From: Eledone cirrhosa
Taxonomy: Eukaryota
DNA: 64,000 nucleotides
Direction: 5' to 3'
NCBI GenBank assembly: GCA_964016885.1
Contig: OZ024746.1
Coordinates: 57,412,001 to 57,476,000, forward strand
The notes beneath the pieces are model-generated. The model did not search any database. It was not told the origin of the DNA and was given only the letters and a program-made list of their open reading frames with translations. The position numbers and the translations under genes were made by a program. Each line of letters opens with the position of its first letter. Within the stretch, counting starts at the first letter, position 1. Positions 11,840 through 25,844 of this stretch are shown here, one piece after another.

Positions 11840-12036
11840 ATATTTCGGGGCACAAGGGCTGAGCTCTAGCCATTTCAAAGCTAGGCCCTGACTATTAACA
11901 AACCGACTTACACTAGACTAGCCATTTCTTCAGAGACATAGCTTATGTGATTAACGTGTCCGTAAAATCAGTTTGTTGACAGTCTGGACTGGATTTGGTT
12001 GTTGAAACGGCAAGAGCTCCGCCATCCGTCCCCAAT
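11840..12036 (-). mobile_element. Degenerate fold-back related to the GGCTTGAGCTCAGCC family
   Basis: The minus strand of 11847-11938 reads CUGAAGA-aauggcuag...cuagcuuu-GAAAU-ggcuagagcucagcc. A partial mirror lies at 11995-12036. Confidence 0.55.
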
Positions 12037-12335
12037 ATATATATATATTGGCGCGATCACTCTGGAAAATTTAGTGTAAATTTATATGTAAATTTATATG
12101 TAAATTTACTAAATTTAGTGTAAATTTATATGTAAACTTTTATATGTAATAATCTCCCATTAGATTGAGATACACATTTGGCTGTATTGTGCTGTGCTTT
12201 CTAGTAAAAATGCAACCAGTCGTAAGCAACTACCACACCCCTTCCAACCTGACCGCGACTACGTCACGATTTTTAGTCATTTTGAATGAATTCTTGGCGC
12301 GATCACTTTGGAAAATTTAGTGTCTAGATAAGAGC

Positions 12336-12427
12336 AAATCTCCTCATGAGTCCGGTGCTCGAGTTTATATAATTATTACATAATTATTGGAAAACTCAAA
12401 ATACGGATGAAACCATGGTAGAGGTTT
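12336..12427 (+). ncRNA. Hammerhead relic (G5C, probably inactive)
   Basis: AAAUCUC-CUCAUGA-GUCCG...CGGAU-GAAAC-CAUG-GUA^-GAGGUUU, with a 7-bp stem I and palindromic stem III. Confidence 0.65.
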
Positions 12428-12703
12428 TAAATATATTCTATTTTCTCCTAGTTTATTTTACACCTAATTCTGTTTAGTTGACTGTATCTGGGCGATTACG
12501 CTGTCGAAATATTGGATAAATATTCCATTGCGGCCGGCGCGAAGGGCTAGTTTCGGTTACTTGTCGGAGATTTCTTCATAGAAGCCTCATTCTTATAGCC
12601 TGGTCTATTCGATTTTTTATATGGTTAATTATGCTAATTGGGAGAGGATATGGTATATATTTTATCTTGTGGTTCTATAGACATATTTTATGATATATGT
12701 GTA

Positions 12704-12769
<66 letters not shown>

Positions 12770-12958
12770 TATATATATATAATATAAGTTAAAAATGATG
12801 AAATAAAAATTCAAGTCATTAAGAATATACTTCACTGCTTTAAGATCGTTTCTAGGTGATAATAATACATTGTACGCATATTTCGTTATCGATCCATAGT
12901 TAGTTACAAAATATCAGATAAGGAATATATTTACCTACGCGTATAATGTGGATATTTC

Positions 12959-13025
<67 letters not shown>

Positions 13026-13204
13026 ATGTATATAAGAACAAATGGTGGTTAAAGGAGTTCCATGTATGCGCATTTCAAAAACAAATATCATCATGCAATA
13101 ATATTTGTGTTTTCATCAGATACAACAGGAGGACATGATATGAAGGCTAAAAAGCACTTGTGGAAAATCAACATATTTTACTACAATAAAACTCACCTCC
13201 TACA

Positions 13205-13307
<103 letters not shown>

Positions 13308-13308
13308 G

Positions 13309-14895
13309 TAGTAGAATAATCGAGTATCGAAAAATCGGCGCACGAGTTCACGATAAACAAAATTTGAAATGAGCGGTAGAGGGCTCAATAATTCAGATAA
13401 ATCAGAGCTATAACTATCGTTAAAATACCGTCACACATAGAACAAGTCTATAATCAACCGTACGACCGAAAAATTGCGATCTGGAAGACTCGGGACACTC
13501 AGAAAAAATATCAATAATTCAATAAATCAAATGAATGTAAAAAGCATACCCGGACCCGCTAGAAAGATGGTAAATCTAGCTTCTTGGGTTTCTGTAAATC
13601 CTCAAACTGCCCTCTATCAGCTCACATATATAAGACTTCTAAAGGCCAGCGGACGGGAAATTTACTTCCTCAACGAGCTTTTGTCCGAACGAATGAAAAG
13701 GCATAACCCAGGCTGACGAAACGCACATGGAATTCAGCAAGGGAGATAACCTCTATATCCGCAAAAAATATTCGGGAAAATGTGGAAATACACATATCGA
13801 ATAAGAGTGCTCAATAGACATGTTAAAATAAACAGGAGCTATTCATCATTTAATAGAATCGACAAAAAATGAACAATAAAATTAACTGGTCAATAGCTAG
13901 GTCTAGAGCTAAATATAGTAGAATAATCGAGTATCGAAAAATCGGCGCACGAGTTCACGATAAACAAAACTCTAAATGAGCGGCAGAGGGCTCAATAATT
14001 CAGATAAATCAGAGCTATAACTATCGTTAAAATACCGTCACACATAGATCAAGTCTATAATCAACCGTACGACCGAAAAATTGCGATCTGGAAGACTCGG
14101 GACACTCAGAAGAAATATCAATAAATCAATAAATCAAATGAATGTAAAAAGCATACCCGGACCCGCTAGAAAGATGGTAAATCTAGCTTCTTGGGTTTCT
14201 GTAAATCCTCAAACTGCCCTCTATCAGCTCACATAAAAATATATAAGACTTCTAAAGGCCAGCGGACGGGAAATTTACTTCCTCAACGAGCTTTTGTCCG
14301 AAAGAATGAAAAGGCATAACCCAGGCTGACGAAACGCACATGGAATTCAGCAAGGGAGATAACCTCTATATCCGCAAAAAATATTCGGGAAAATGTGGAA
14401 ATACACATATCGAATAAGAGTGCTCAATAGACATGTTAAAATAAACAGGAGTTATTCATCATTTAATAGAATCGACAAAAAATGAACAATAAGATTAACT
14501 GGTCAATAGCTAGGTCTAGAGCTAAATATAGTAGAATAATCGAGTATCGAAAAATCGGCGCACGAGTTCACGATAAACAAAATTCGAAATGAGCGGCAGA
14601 GGGCTCAATAATTCAGATAAATCAGAGCTATAACTATCGTTAAAATACCGTCATACATAGAACAAGTCTATAATCAACCGTACGACCGAAAAATTGAGAT
14701 CTGGAAGACTCGGGACACTCAGAAAAAATATCAATAAATCAATAAATCAAATGAATGTAAAAAGCATACCCGGACCCGCTAGAAAGATGGTAAATCTAGC
14801 TTCTTGGGTTTCTGTAAATCCTCAAACTGCCCTCTATCAGCTCACATAAAAATATATAAGACTTCTAAAGGCCAACGGACGGGAAATTTACTTCC
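13309..14895. repeat. Tandem array of about 2.6 units of 607/613 bp
   Basis: GTAGAATAATCGAGTATCG recurs at 13311, 13918 and 14531. The units are nearly identical, and (TA)n bounds both sides. Confidence 0.95.
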
Positions 14896-15015
<120 letters not shown>

Positions 15016-15079
15016 TTATATATATATTTATATATAATATATTTATATATATATATATATATATGTATATATCTCTATA

Positions 15080-15162
<83 letters not shown>

Positions 15163-15171
15163 GTATATATT

Positions 15172-15318
15172 TTATTTCTGAAGACGGCATATATGTGTGT
15201 TTGGTATGTATATTTAATCTTGATAGTTTGTATAATTTTGTATAATTTTGTACATAGATCTGTTGAATATGCATGCCAATTCTAACACATATATATCCTA
15301 GAAACGATCGTTAAATAA
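15172..15318 (+). ncRNA. Type I hammerhead with a very long stem II
   Basis: UUAUUU-CUGAAGA-cggcauauaugugu...acacauauauauccua-GAAAC-GAUC-GUU^-AAAUAA. It lies in a repeat (~15170-15520) also found at 63439-63650 (+) and 61173-61272 (-, distal part). Confidence 0.75.
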
Positions 15319-15567
15319 TGAACTTTTTTTGTTTAATATAAGGAACTGTTTCATTGTTTTATTCATTATTCTTTTAATATTTTATCTTGACTCTGTATTC
15401 CGTTTATCTTTCACCGAAAGTGATTTTTCATTGCATCTCTTCTTTCCATGATATCCGGACTACATTGAGTTCTTCATACGGATTGGACACTACCGTAAAC
15501 TCTTGGTAGATTTATCTACATATATATATATATATGTATATGTATATATCTCTATATATATATAATA

Positions 15568-15599
<32 letters not shown>

Positions 15600-15931
15600 A
15601 GTCTAAGTAACTAACGAAAAGCCATTTGTTGGCATTTTGGGGGTGGACAACAAAAAATGTTTCATTACTGTTCTACAGTTGCAATCTACAGGAAACATCC
15701 GTTGATAGGCCGATATTCTTCCATAAGAAGCTAGGAATACATTTCAGAAATATTTAGCCTTCAATGGTCTCTTTACAATATGCCATGCGGCTGCAGATCA
15801 TAAATAGCTTTGTATAAGCTTAGTAGATTAATTAGTATAACATAGTACACGGCTTATTTTCTAATAATTCACCAGATCTATACATTAATAATATTATTAT
15901 TTTATTTAGCGGGAGATGGAGATATGTTATT

Positions 15932-16131
15932 GAGGGCGGTGGATTGGCAGTATCGGTAAAGGGTCGCACGCCATGCTTTGACGCATAGAGTTACGGCCCT
16001 TATTCAAATACCGCCGAGTTACGCCCCTGAGTTCAAATCCCGCCGAGGTTAATTTTGCTTTTCATCATTACGGGTTCGATAAAATAAAGTACCAGAATTG
16101 CTGGCCTTGTGCCAAATGTAGAAACAATTAT
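15932..16131 (+). mobile_element. SINE family A (internal duplication of the B-box region)
   Basis: Consensus match. Confidence 0.9.
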
Positions 16132-16230
16132 TATTTTATTTATATATATATATAGGAAAAGAGACAGGTCCCGACTGCTGAGCTCCGGCCGTTTTGACAG
16201 CTATATATATATATATACGTATATATATGA

Positions 16231-16347
16231 AGGCCTGTTGCATATTGGTTAGAGAACTGGATTCGCGATCGTGAGATTGTGAGTTCGATTCTTGGACCGG
16301 GTGATGTCTTCTGCCCTTGAGCAAGACATTTTATTTCACGTTGCTCC
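16231..16347 (+). mobile_element. tRNA-derived SINE family B, 5' part
   Basis: TTGGTTAGAG...GAGTTCGATTC followed by CCCTTGAGCAAGACATTTTATTTCACGTTGCTCC. A related minus copy lies at 30660-30885. Confidence 0.7.
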
Positions 16348-16412
16348 TTCTAACTGAAGTTGCGACCGATAGAGAGTATCAGCAATTGCGCGCGCATATA
16401 CACACACACACG

Positions 16413-16448
<36 letters not shown>

Positions 16449-17077
16449 CTGAATATTTTACTCTAGCAAATATAAGTAGCTTATCCAAATGAAGCCAGTG
16501 CTGTTGAAATCAATAAGCCAATACGAGCCATAAAGAATTGATAGATTTTTCTCTCTGCCCAGGGGCGGATATTTTTTCGGCCTTATAGGAGTTTGGAAGA
16601 ACATAACAATAATTTTGTTCAAGTGGGAGAGAATAGACTACATATGATCAATAGCGTGCCATTAATATATCGGTAACCATGTATTTCTTGTTTATCACAT
16701 AGCGTTGACTTCGTGTGATCATATACAGAATACCTTTTTCTTAAGTGTTTACTGAATACATACACACATATAAACATACATGTATATATACATAATACAT
16801 ATATTTATATATATATATACACATACATATACACACATATATACATATATATATATATACATACAGACACACACACACAAACAAACTCACAAACACACAT
16901 GCATATATATATAAATATAAATATAAATATACATATATATATTTATAGTTGAACAAATAAAACAATAAACAAACAGGTATATATACATACAACGCCTCAT
17001 TAGCTTCACACACACACGCATGTACATATTTATATATATATAAAGAGAGAGATAGGGAGAGTGTGATTGGGGTAAAG

Positions 17078-17178
<101 letters not shown>

Positions 17179-17581
17179 TATATATATATAGAGAGAGAGA
17201 GGGATTCATTTTGGTTTGTTGGTTCACCACTAGATAGACCTGGTCATTCCGTCTGGTCAACCTTGATGTGATATTAGGGAGAGCACTCGACTTAATGAAA
17301 ATCATCCGTCTCGGTTTGTGTTGTTGGTGGTGCGAATACAGAGTTAATTATTATAAAATAACAGGAGGCGAGACTGGTGTAATTACTTAAATATTTATTA
17401 TAATATGAACATTTCAATGACATGGTTCAGTATGAATCCGGTGACATCATCAGGTATTCGAAATTTAGCAAAGGAATATAATCCATGGGGCTGAAATGAC
17501 AGAGAGACAGGAAGGCGCCACACATTTAGCAGTTTCTAGTTCGGTCGGCCGCCCCAAGCGAGAAAGAAAGAGAGAGAGGGA

Positions 17582-17665
<84 letters not shown>

Positions 17666-17815
17666 TTGTATCGTAGTTTCACACATGATTTAATTGAAAT
17701 TATGCTAAGAAGCACTTAATATTTTCTTTGTTTCTGTCGTAACTCTCATTTCCTCGTTCATGTCTGCTGTGAATAGAAAACCTGGATATATACTTTAAAT
17801 GCATAATATTATATA

Positions 17816-17907
17816 TCCGTATATTTGTGTATAATACCCGGCCGATAGTTTAAACAGATAGTTTAAAACTATCGGCCGCGTATTATACACATATACAATT
17901 ATACGGA
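17816..17907. repeat. Short imperfect palindrome
   Basis: TCCGTATA..TGTGTATAATACCCGGCCGATAGTTT pairs with AAACTATCGGCCGCGTATTATACACA..TATACGGA. Confidence 0.8.
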
Positions 17908-18782
17908 ATGTAAAAATAAATCTACAATAATTTATAGCTTATATCACCTATGTTCTACATAGGTTCTATTGAGCTGTGCTAGAACACATGACCTGTCTCC
18001 TTAAATACTGTCCATCGTATTGCATATTTAACGTCGTGGTTTCTCATGTTTCATGAGAAGGATTTCTTGAATTGCGTGTCAGTTTTAAATTAATTCATCT
18101 TGTAGTTCAAGATTCCTATGCGGTTGTGAATTATACAGAGTGAAAATGCAACGCATAATTGACAATATATCAGATTTGTGTCTATACGGTGCTGGCACTC
18201 ATAGCTTTGCGCTGCTTTCTTTACCTGGCCACTTTACTCATTTATGATTGAGGCTAATGTATGTTCCAATCTTAGACGATCATCGGTCCGCGTTTATCCC
18301 GATTTCATTTGCCTAAATCAACTGACGTGTCAAGAACCCTCCGTAAGTTACCTACAGGTCCGCTGAAAATTTGACAACAAATCTACAGTTAATGATTTTG
18401 TTAAATATGTTTTAACTCCAATAACAGGGAAAGGAGCTCACAGTGAATCCCTCTCACGGGTTCATTCCATGTTACAAATTTAGCCTCTATACCATGTAGC
18501 CTCAATATGCTAGTGATTAACATGAAGTTACTCAAAAATATATTGTTATTTCTGGATCAAACCTGCATCATATCAATGCATATTCTAGGGAAACTGAACT
18601 CCGTTTTAATATGAAAGCTGCCGTGTCTCACATTTCTCTCCATCTAAGGTCATTTCTCGAATCAAAGCTCATTTTTCGAAATGTGAACTATAGATGTGAA
18701 CAAACAAAATATACTTAATCGTTGCCCACATGGTTATAGTTTGTATCTGACACCGTCAATATGCGACAGTAAAAGCGCTAAA

Positions 18783-19014
18783 ATCCTTACGGGGTCGATA
18801 AAATAAAGTACCAGTAATACACTGGGTAATTGCTGGCCTTGTGCCTAACGTAGAAACAATTATTTGTTGCAGCAAAGAGTTACATCCGCTTATGGTCTGA
18901 GTTCAAATGTCGCCGAGGTTAACTTTGCCTTTCATCTTACGGGGTCGATAAAATAAAGTACAAGTTATACACTCGGGTAATTGCTGGACTTGTGCCAAAC
19001 ATAGAAACAATTAT
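18783..19014 (+). mobile_element. Two 5'-truncated SINE family A fragments in tandem
   Basis: The TACGGGGTCGATAAAATAAAGTAC...AGAAACAATTATTTGTTG segment occurs twice. Confidence 0.85.
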
Positions 19015-19689
19015 TTGTTGAGTAACTAAACCATTATTTGGTTTGATTAGTCTTCCGATGGCTAATTAATTGTTAATTTTCAAGTCAATTATCAAAACTA
19101 TTTTCTCTAATCTTGATACGTTGTTTCTCGTCCATCTTCTATTTTAATCTCTCTTGACATGCTGAGGTGTTTCTCTTGTGTCCACATACGGGTGTGCTAT
19201 TCACTAAGAGTGTGTGTGTGTGTGTGCAAGTGTATGTGCGTGTGTGTATGCGCGCGTGCGTGTGTGTGTGTGCATGGCTAAGTGTACGAGCTTCAGTGTT
19301 TAGAAGGCGAGCATTTGAGTCACTGCATGTATGTGTGTCTCTATTTTTCGCTTTCCAAAATGACTTCAATAGTGCGTGTGTTTATATTGGCACCATGACA
19401 CCCCCTAATTATAAAACCCTCTGTGTCAACACTGGATTTCATATCAGGAATCTTCCAAAACAAATACAAACAGGGAGTACCCCCCACACACACATGCACA
19501 CACACTCACATACACGAACTCATCCACAATCACGCACAGACTCACAGACAAACAAACGTACACATGTGTATACATCTACATATTTACTGGAATTGAAGTC
19601 ACAACGTCCCGATAACTTATCGATTCATAAATGCTCATGCCTACATTCATACAAACATATCTACACGCATACACACATACATACATACA

Positions 19690-20297
19690 TCGTGGCTGCC
19701 AACTCGTTTTCGATTACGGCCACTACTTATATCCATGTAAGAGAACCTCTAGCGATGCGCTGAACGAGTGTGACTTTTTAGTCCAGACAGCGACTTGAAA
19801 ACTCTGGTACAAACACTACACTTGTGACAATCATTGACACATATTGCTGGGTCGATGGTACCATGTAACGACAAGTGCAGAGAGATCTCCAGATATAAAG
19901 CAATGCCTGTGACGTGAAGCTTTTATAGTGAGCAAAGGCACTGCACAAATCCAGTCCCACTCTCTTAACCAAGATGACATTTACCAAAAAGAAGAACAAG
20001 TCAACATCATTGGATACCATCAGGGTTGCAGGTGTTATATCAGAGTTTTCCTTCTCCTAGAATTCTGCCTTGTCAAAGGCTAAGGGGTCATCTCTCCCGG
20101 TGATTTTGGATGGCCATTGACACTTAAGCGCTCCTTTGCCCTCCGACAGGTTTGATTTTAGTCCTGCAGGATGTCCAAAGTCACCCTCCTCACCAAGAAA
20201 CCTTGGTGGGGTTGCCAGTTTAGTCGCCAACGACCCGACCATGAGACAGGTTGTCCTGGGATACATGTTACCAGTAGCACCAACTGGTGACCTGACA
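19690..20297 (-). mobile_element. Internally deleted RTE-type element (5'UTR joined to the 3' end), copy 1
   Basis: The 3' end encodes a frameshifted C2H2-type terminus, with a (TGTA)n tail on the minus strand. It is near-identical to 20321-20887. Confidence 0.7.
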
Positions 20298-20320
20298 TAA
20301 TACATACATACATACATACA

Positions 20321-20887
20321 TGATGGCTGCCAACTCGTTTTCGAGTATGGCCACTACTTTATATCCATGTAGGAGAAACCCTACCGATGCGCTGAACGAG
20401 TGTGACTTTTTAGTCCAGCCAGCGACTTGAAAACTCTGGTACAAACACTACACTTGTGACAATTATTGACACAGTGCTGGGCCCATGGTACCATGTGACG
20501 ACAAGTGCAGAGAGATCTCCAGATATAAGGCAATGCCTGTGCCGTGAAGCTGTTATAGTGAGCAAAGGCACTGCACAAAGCCAGTCCCACTCTCTTAACC
20601 AAGATGATATTTACCAAAAAGAAGAACAAGTCAACATCATTGGATACCATCAGGGTTGCAGGTGTTATATCAGAGTTTTCCTACTCCTAGATTTCTGCCT
20701 TGACAAAGGCTAAGGCTTCATCTATCCCGGTGATTTTGGATGGCCATTGACTCTTAAGAGCTCCTTTGGTCTTTGACAGGTTTTGTTTTTAGTCCTGCAG
20801 GATGTTCAAAGTCACCCTCCTCACCAAGAAACCTAGGTGGGGTTGCCAGTTTAGTCGCCAACGACCCGACCATGATACAGGTTGTAC
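20321..20887 (-). mobile_element. Internally deleted RTE-type element, copy 2
   Basis: ORF 20381-20650 ends in HKCSVCTRVFKSLAGLKSHTRSAHR, a typical RTE terminal zinc finger. (TACA)n lies on both sides. A divergent third 5' fragment lies near 21380-21480. Confidence 0.72.
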
Positions 20888-22857
20888 ATGCATACATACA
20901 TACATACATACATACATACATACATACATACATACATACATACATACATACATACATACATACATACTTATATGCATACATACATGATGCCTACAAACCC
21001 TTCTAAGATTATTGCAATCGCTTGTCAGATTACAGAAAATGGTACAATTTTAGGCTACGGCCAGGCACACTAACCTGTAACATATCCTGAACAAGCAATG
21101 CATGTGCTTTGAAGGATTTTTAAGTGTGGAAACGCCTTGCACTCGACCAATCCCACTCTCTGAGCATCGAAAACACTACCCGAAGGGGAGAACTGGTCAA
21201 CATCAACGGATACTTCCGAAGCCGCAGGTTTTTTTCAGTTTTCAGTGTTTCCCTCTCTTAAAAGGGTATTGTGACAACAACTGGGGGCCTTTCATTCTCG
21301 GGTGAAAAAAAAAAAGTACTATTTGGATGAACGGTGTCTCTGCTGAGTTTCTCCGACCTTTGCCGGGTCTTGTATTACATGATGCAGAGTGTCCAAATAT
21401 CACCCTCCTCACGAATCAAGCTTGGTGGGGTTGCAGGTTTAGTCGCTGACGACACGACCATGTGACGAGTTATACTGGTTTACATACATACATACATACA
21501 TACAAACATACATACATACATACATACATCCTTACATATATACATAATACATACGTACTTACATTCATACATACACACAGGGTGTCCAAATATCACACAT
21601 ATATACATACATACACACATGTATTGCTAATTGTGTGTATGTTTGAGTGCACGTTTCTGTGTGCTTATGAGTCGAGTGGTAAGTAAAATATCGATCACTT
21701 ATATGTGGATTTAATAACGTCGAAACATTTTCACATTGTTTAACAGAAATATAAGAGTACTCATTTTTTCAATGTACGTCATGACAATGCAGCACATCGT
21801 TGATATACATAGATATGTCAGTTATAACATTAGCCGCCCGTACATAGTTGTTTCAGCACGATCAATTGAGTGAGTCGTGAGTTATTGTAGTTTATGTGTA
21901 GACAGATTTTTTTTTTTTTTAAATTCTATCATATTAGTGATTCATCAACATATCCAACAACGCTACACAATGAATTATGTGTGAAACTCAACAAATCTGC
22001 CACCGGAACATTTAATTATAATCTTGAAATACATGTGCACGGTAATCTTTCGCCGTTACTACGGTAGCTGTGATTTGATGAAAGCTCAATATATTTAACG
22101 AAACATATTACATATGGGTACGCATAAACTTTAATATCTGAGGAAGTTGCTATGAGTTCATAATTTAATATTCCCAGAAGGTGTATAAGTATAAGTTTAC
22201 TATTGTTTCTGATATACCATTTTATATGAGATAGCTGGTATATGATTATAGTTAAAAATACTAAAAATTAGATTAAATATCGAGTATTATACACAGATAT
22301 ATTGTATATGAGTTACGATACATTACGAATTTGTGTTAGTCCTATTGTTAATAAATAAGTATATGAATGTCGGGGTCTCTTATTTCTCAGTCATCGATCC
22401 AAATTGAATTGTATTGTATGTCCCAGTAAAATATATTGTTTATCAAGCGTGTGGCAATATGTTATCAAATTGGTTAGAGACATTTGAGTGGAAATTTGCC
22501 ATAAATTATGTTTGAACATTGAAAATATAAATTAGGAAGATAAAGGAGAATATATATTTGATGGCGGTTAAAGCAACAGGCAGCGATAACAAACTGTAAT
22601 TATATTACACACAACATAAACATTACACTTAGCTTCATTATAACCAACTATACCACATTGCCTCTATAGTTGATGCATATAATTGCGAGTATGATGGCGA
22701 TTATGATGATGATAAAAATGTGTGTATGCATATATGTATGTAGAATCAGTCACACAACTAGAATTATAAAAACACAGCTACAGATTCACGTATGTGTATT
22801 TTTATAACACACACATCCGTTCAAACAAACACGTTCATATATATACATGCATATATG

Positions 22858-22966
<109 letters not shown>

Positions 22967-23055
22967 GTATATCCATGTAAATACGTATACATGTGCTTAG
23001 ACTGTTCTTTTTATACTGCGACATACTCGCCCTCAAATATATATATACATACATA

Positions 23056-23125
<70 letters not shown>

Positions 23126-23150
23126 TTTATATATATATATACATATGCAC

Positions 23151-23231
<81 letters not shown>

Positions 23232-23693
23232 TGTGTGTGTGCATATCTTTCCATGCAGTATATGCAGGACGCTTGTATGCATTTGTGTACATTAACATTT
23301 TTTGAATGAAAATAATTGTGTTTTATACATTTATAAATCTACATACGGACATTTTATTTTAAATAATGATACAAACACAATAACAGCTCCTATGCAGGAG
23401 CCCCCAAAAATCTATTTATCTATATACATACAAACGTATGTAGGCACGCACACAGGCCCATACAGACACACGTAGACCCACATGCATATATATATAAATA
23501 AATATATATATATTTATATATATATATATATATACATGTTGTTTTAATAAATATTTGCTCTACGGTTCTTATATATTTTATATATATTTATCCTTATCGA
23601 GCCCTCTTTGGATTTTAGTCTTCAAATGTATTATTATTACTACATATATATATATATATACATATATATATGTATGTATATGTATATATATAC

Positions 23694-23746
<53 letters not shown>

Positions 23747-25256
23747 GGTATGTATGTATATCAATGTATGTATTATTCTTGGATACTTCATAAAATATAT
23801 ATGAAAAATTAAATACCCATACGTAGGAGTGTATACATATGCATGTATTTATGTATGTATGCATGTATGTATATATATATAACAGTCGATGCACACAATT
23901 CATAACCTATTCACTAATGTGTACCGACATAATTTTAGAGAGACACATGCATTTATTAGACACCATAATGTTGTCCATAGATGAACGAAAAGATGTGTAC
24001 ATATATATACAGATATTTATTTGTATATATTTGTCTATGAATCTATATACTCTTCAAAAGTATATATGTATGTATACGTGAGTATTTGAGTGGTTGGGTG
24101 TATGTGAATAAGTAACTATGCTTGAAAATGTGTATGAATTTGAGAAAATGAATATATTAATACATTTATGTCTGTTTTACTTAGCACAATTTACTTGAAA
24201 TGTAATTGAAGAGAGCTACACTGTAAAACGGTCTGAGCATTCTCGTTGAACATCAGTTACAACGGCCGCCATTTTGGTTAATCTTCAAATAGAGTGACAG
24301 TAAGACATTAACACGTTGATAGCTAATGGAACACACATACACACACACTGGAACAATCTCACTCTAATTGCGACAATTATGATATAATTAGTTATGAGCT
24401 TGACGGCATTGTGAAAATTATCATCTCGTCTATTATATGTGACTTCAACATTAGCTTGTTGCAGATGAAATTCATCCAGTATGTTTCCTCACAAAATTGG
24501 CATTAGAAAGACAAAGACGTGCTCATTAGAAAATGAGTTCACTATCGTCTGAATCTCAGTGAATTATGTAATAACAATCAGGAATTTAAATATGTATCAG
24601 AGAGAATGTCAAGGGATTACTGAATTTCCTTGCTACTGTAGACATTTAATCGTCATAACATGACATTAAATGACTCAGTGTTTGGTCCGGTCTCTCTGCT
24701 ATGAGTCCGAATCCCGCTACTGTAACCTTCGAATTTCATTATTTGTGGTCGATAAATAAAGTGCCAATCATTAGATGATTGATTAGCAGAATTGTTAATT
24801 TGTCAATCAGGAGAGTTTGCTGCATCTGATGCAGCTCTGTATATTCAGAATTCATTCTATTCCTCCATCTGTGACAAGATGTGATTGGCAGGTACTACGA
24901 ACAATGGGAAAATAAATTAAATCCTCATTTGATTCGGGCTAATTTTCTACTTCCTTCCTGTCTTGTTTTCGCTAATTGTACTCGTCAGAAGTTTTGACAA
25001 AATATAGGCAAAACAAACAAATATGAACCAACAATTGAGAAACTTCGTGGATTATACTAATTAGATACCAATTAAATATCTCCAAAATGCATATCCCGCC
25101 GGAGCAAAAGTTATTTTGCGTATAGCTGTCAATGTTAAAAAGGCTTGAAAAAGAGTAACAGATTTCTTTGATTGTATGTCTATCGGACGAGAGCCACAGT
25201 CAGGCTGGAAATAATAATTCATCAAATAAAGTTCTTGATGCATCCCCCCCCCCCCC

Positions 25257-25287
<31 letters not shown>

Positions 25288-25409
25288 CATATATAATATC
25301 TCGTTATTGACGCACTGGACCGAGATATCTTGTCTTTAATGCGTAGAGATATCCATGATCTCCAGCAGACAACTGATGAAAAGGAAAATATCGCGCGTTC
25401 GTGCTTTCC

Positions 25410-25844
<435 letters not shown>

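Noticed and set aside
17395-17462. Minus-strand CUGAUGA...GAAAU motif
   Set aside because: Stems I and II do not pair convincingly. At best it is an old relic.
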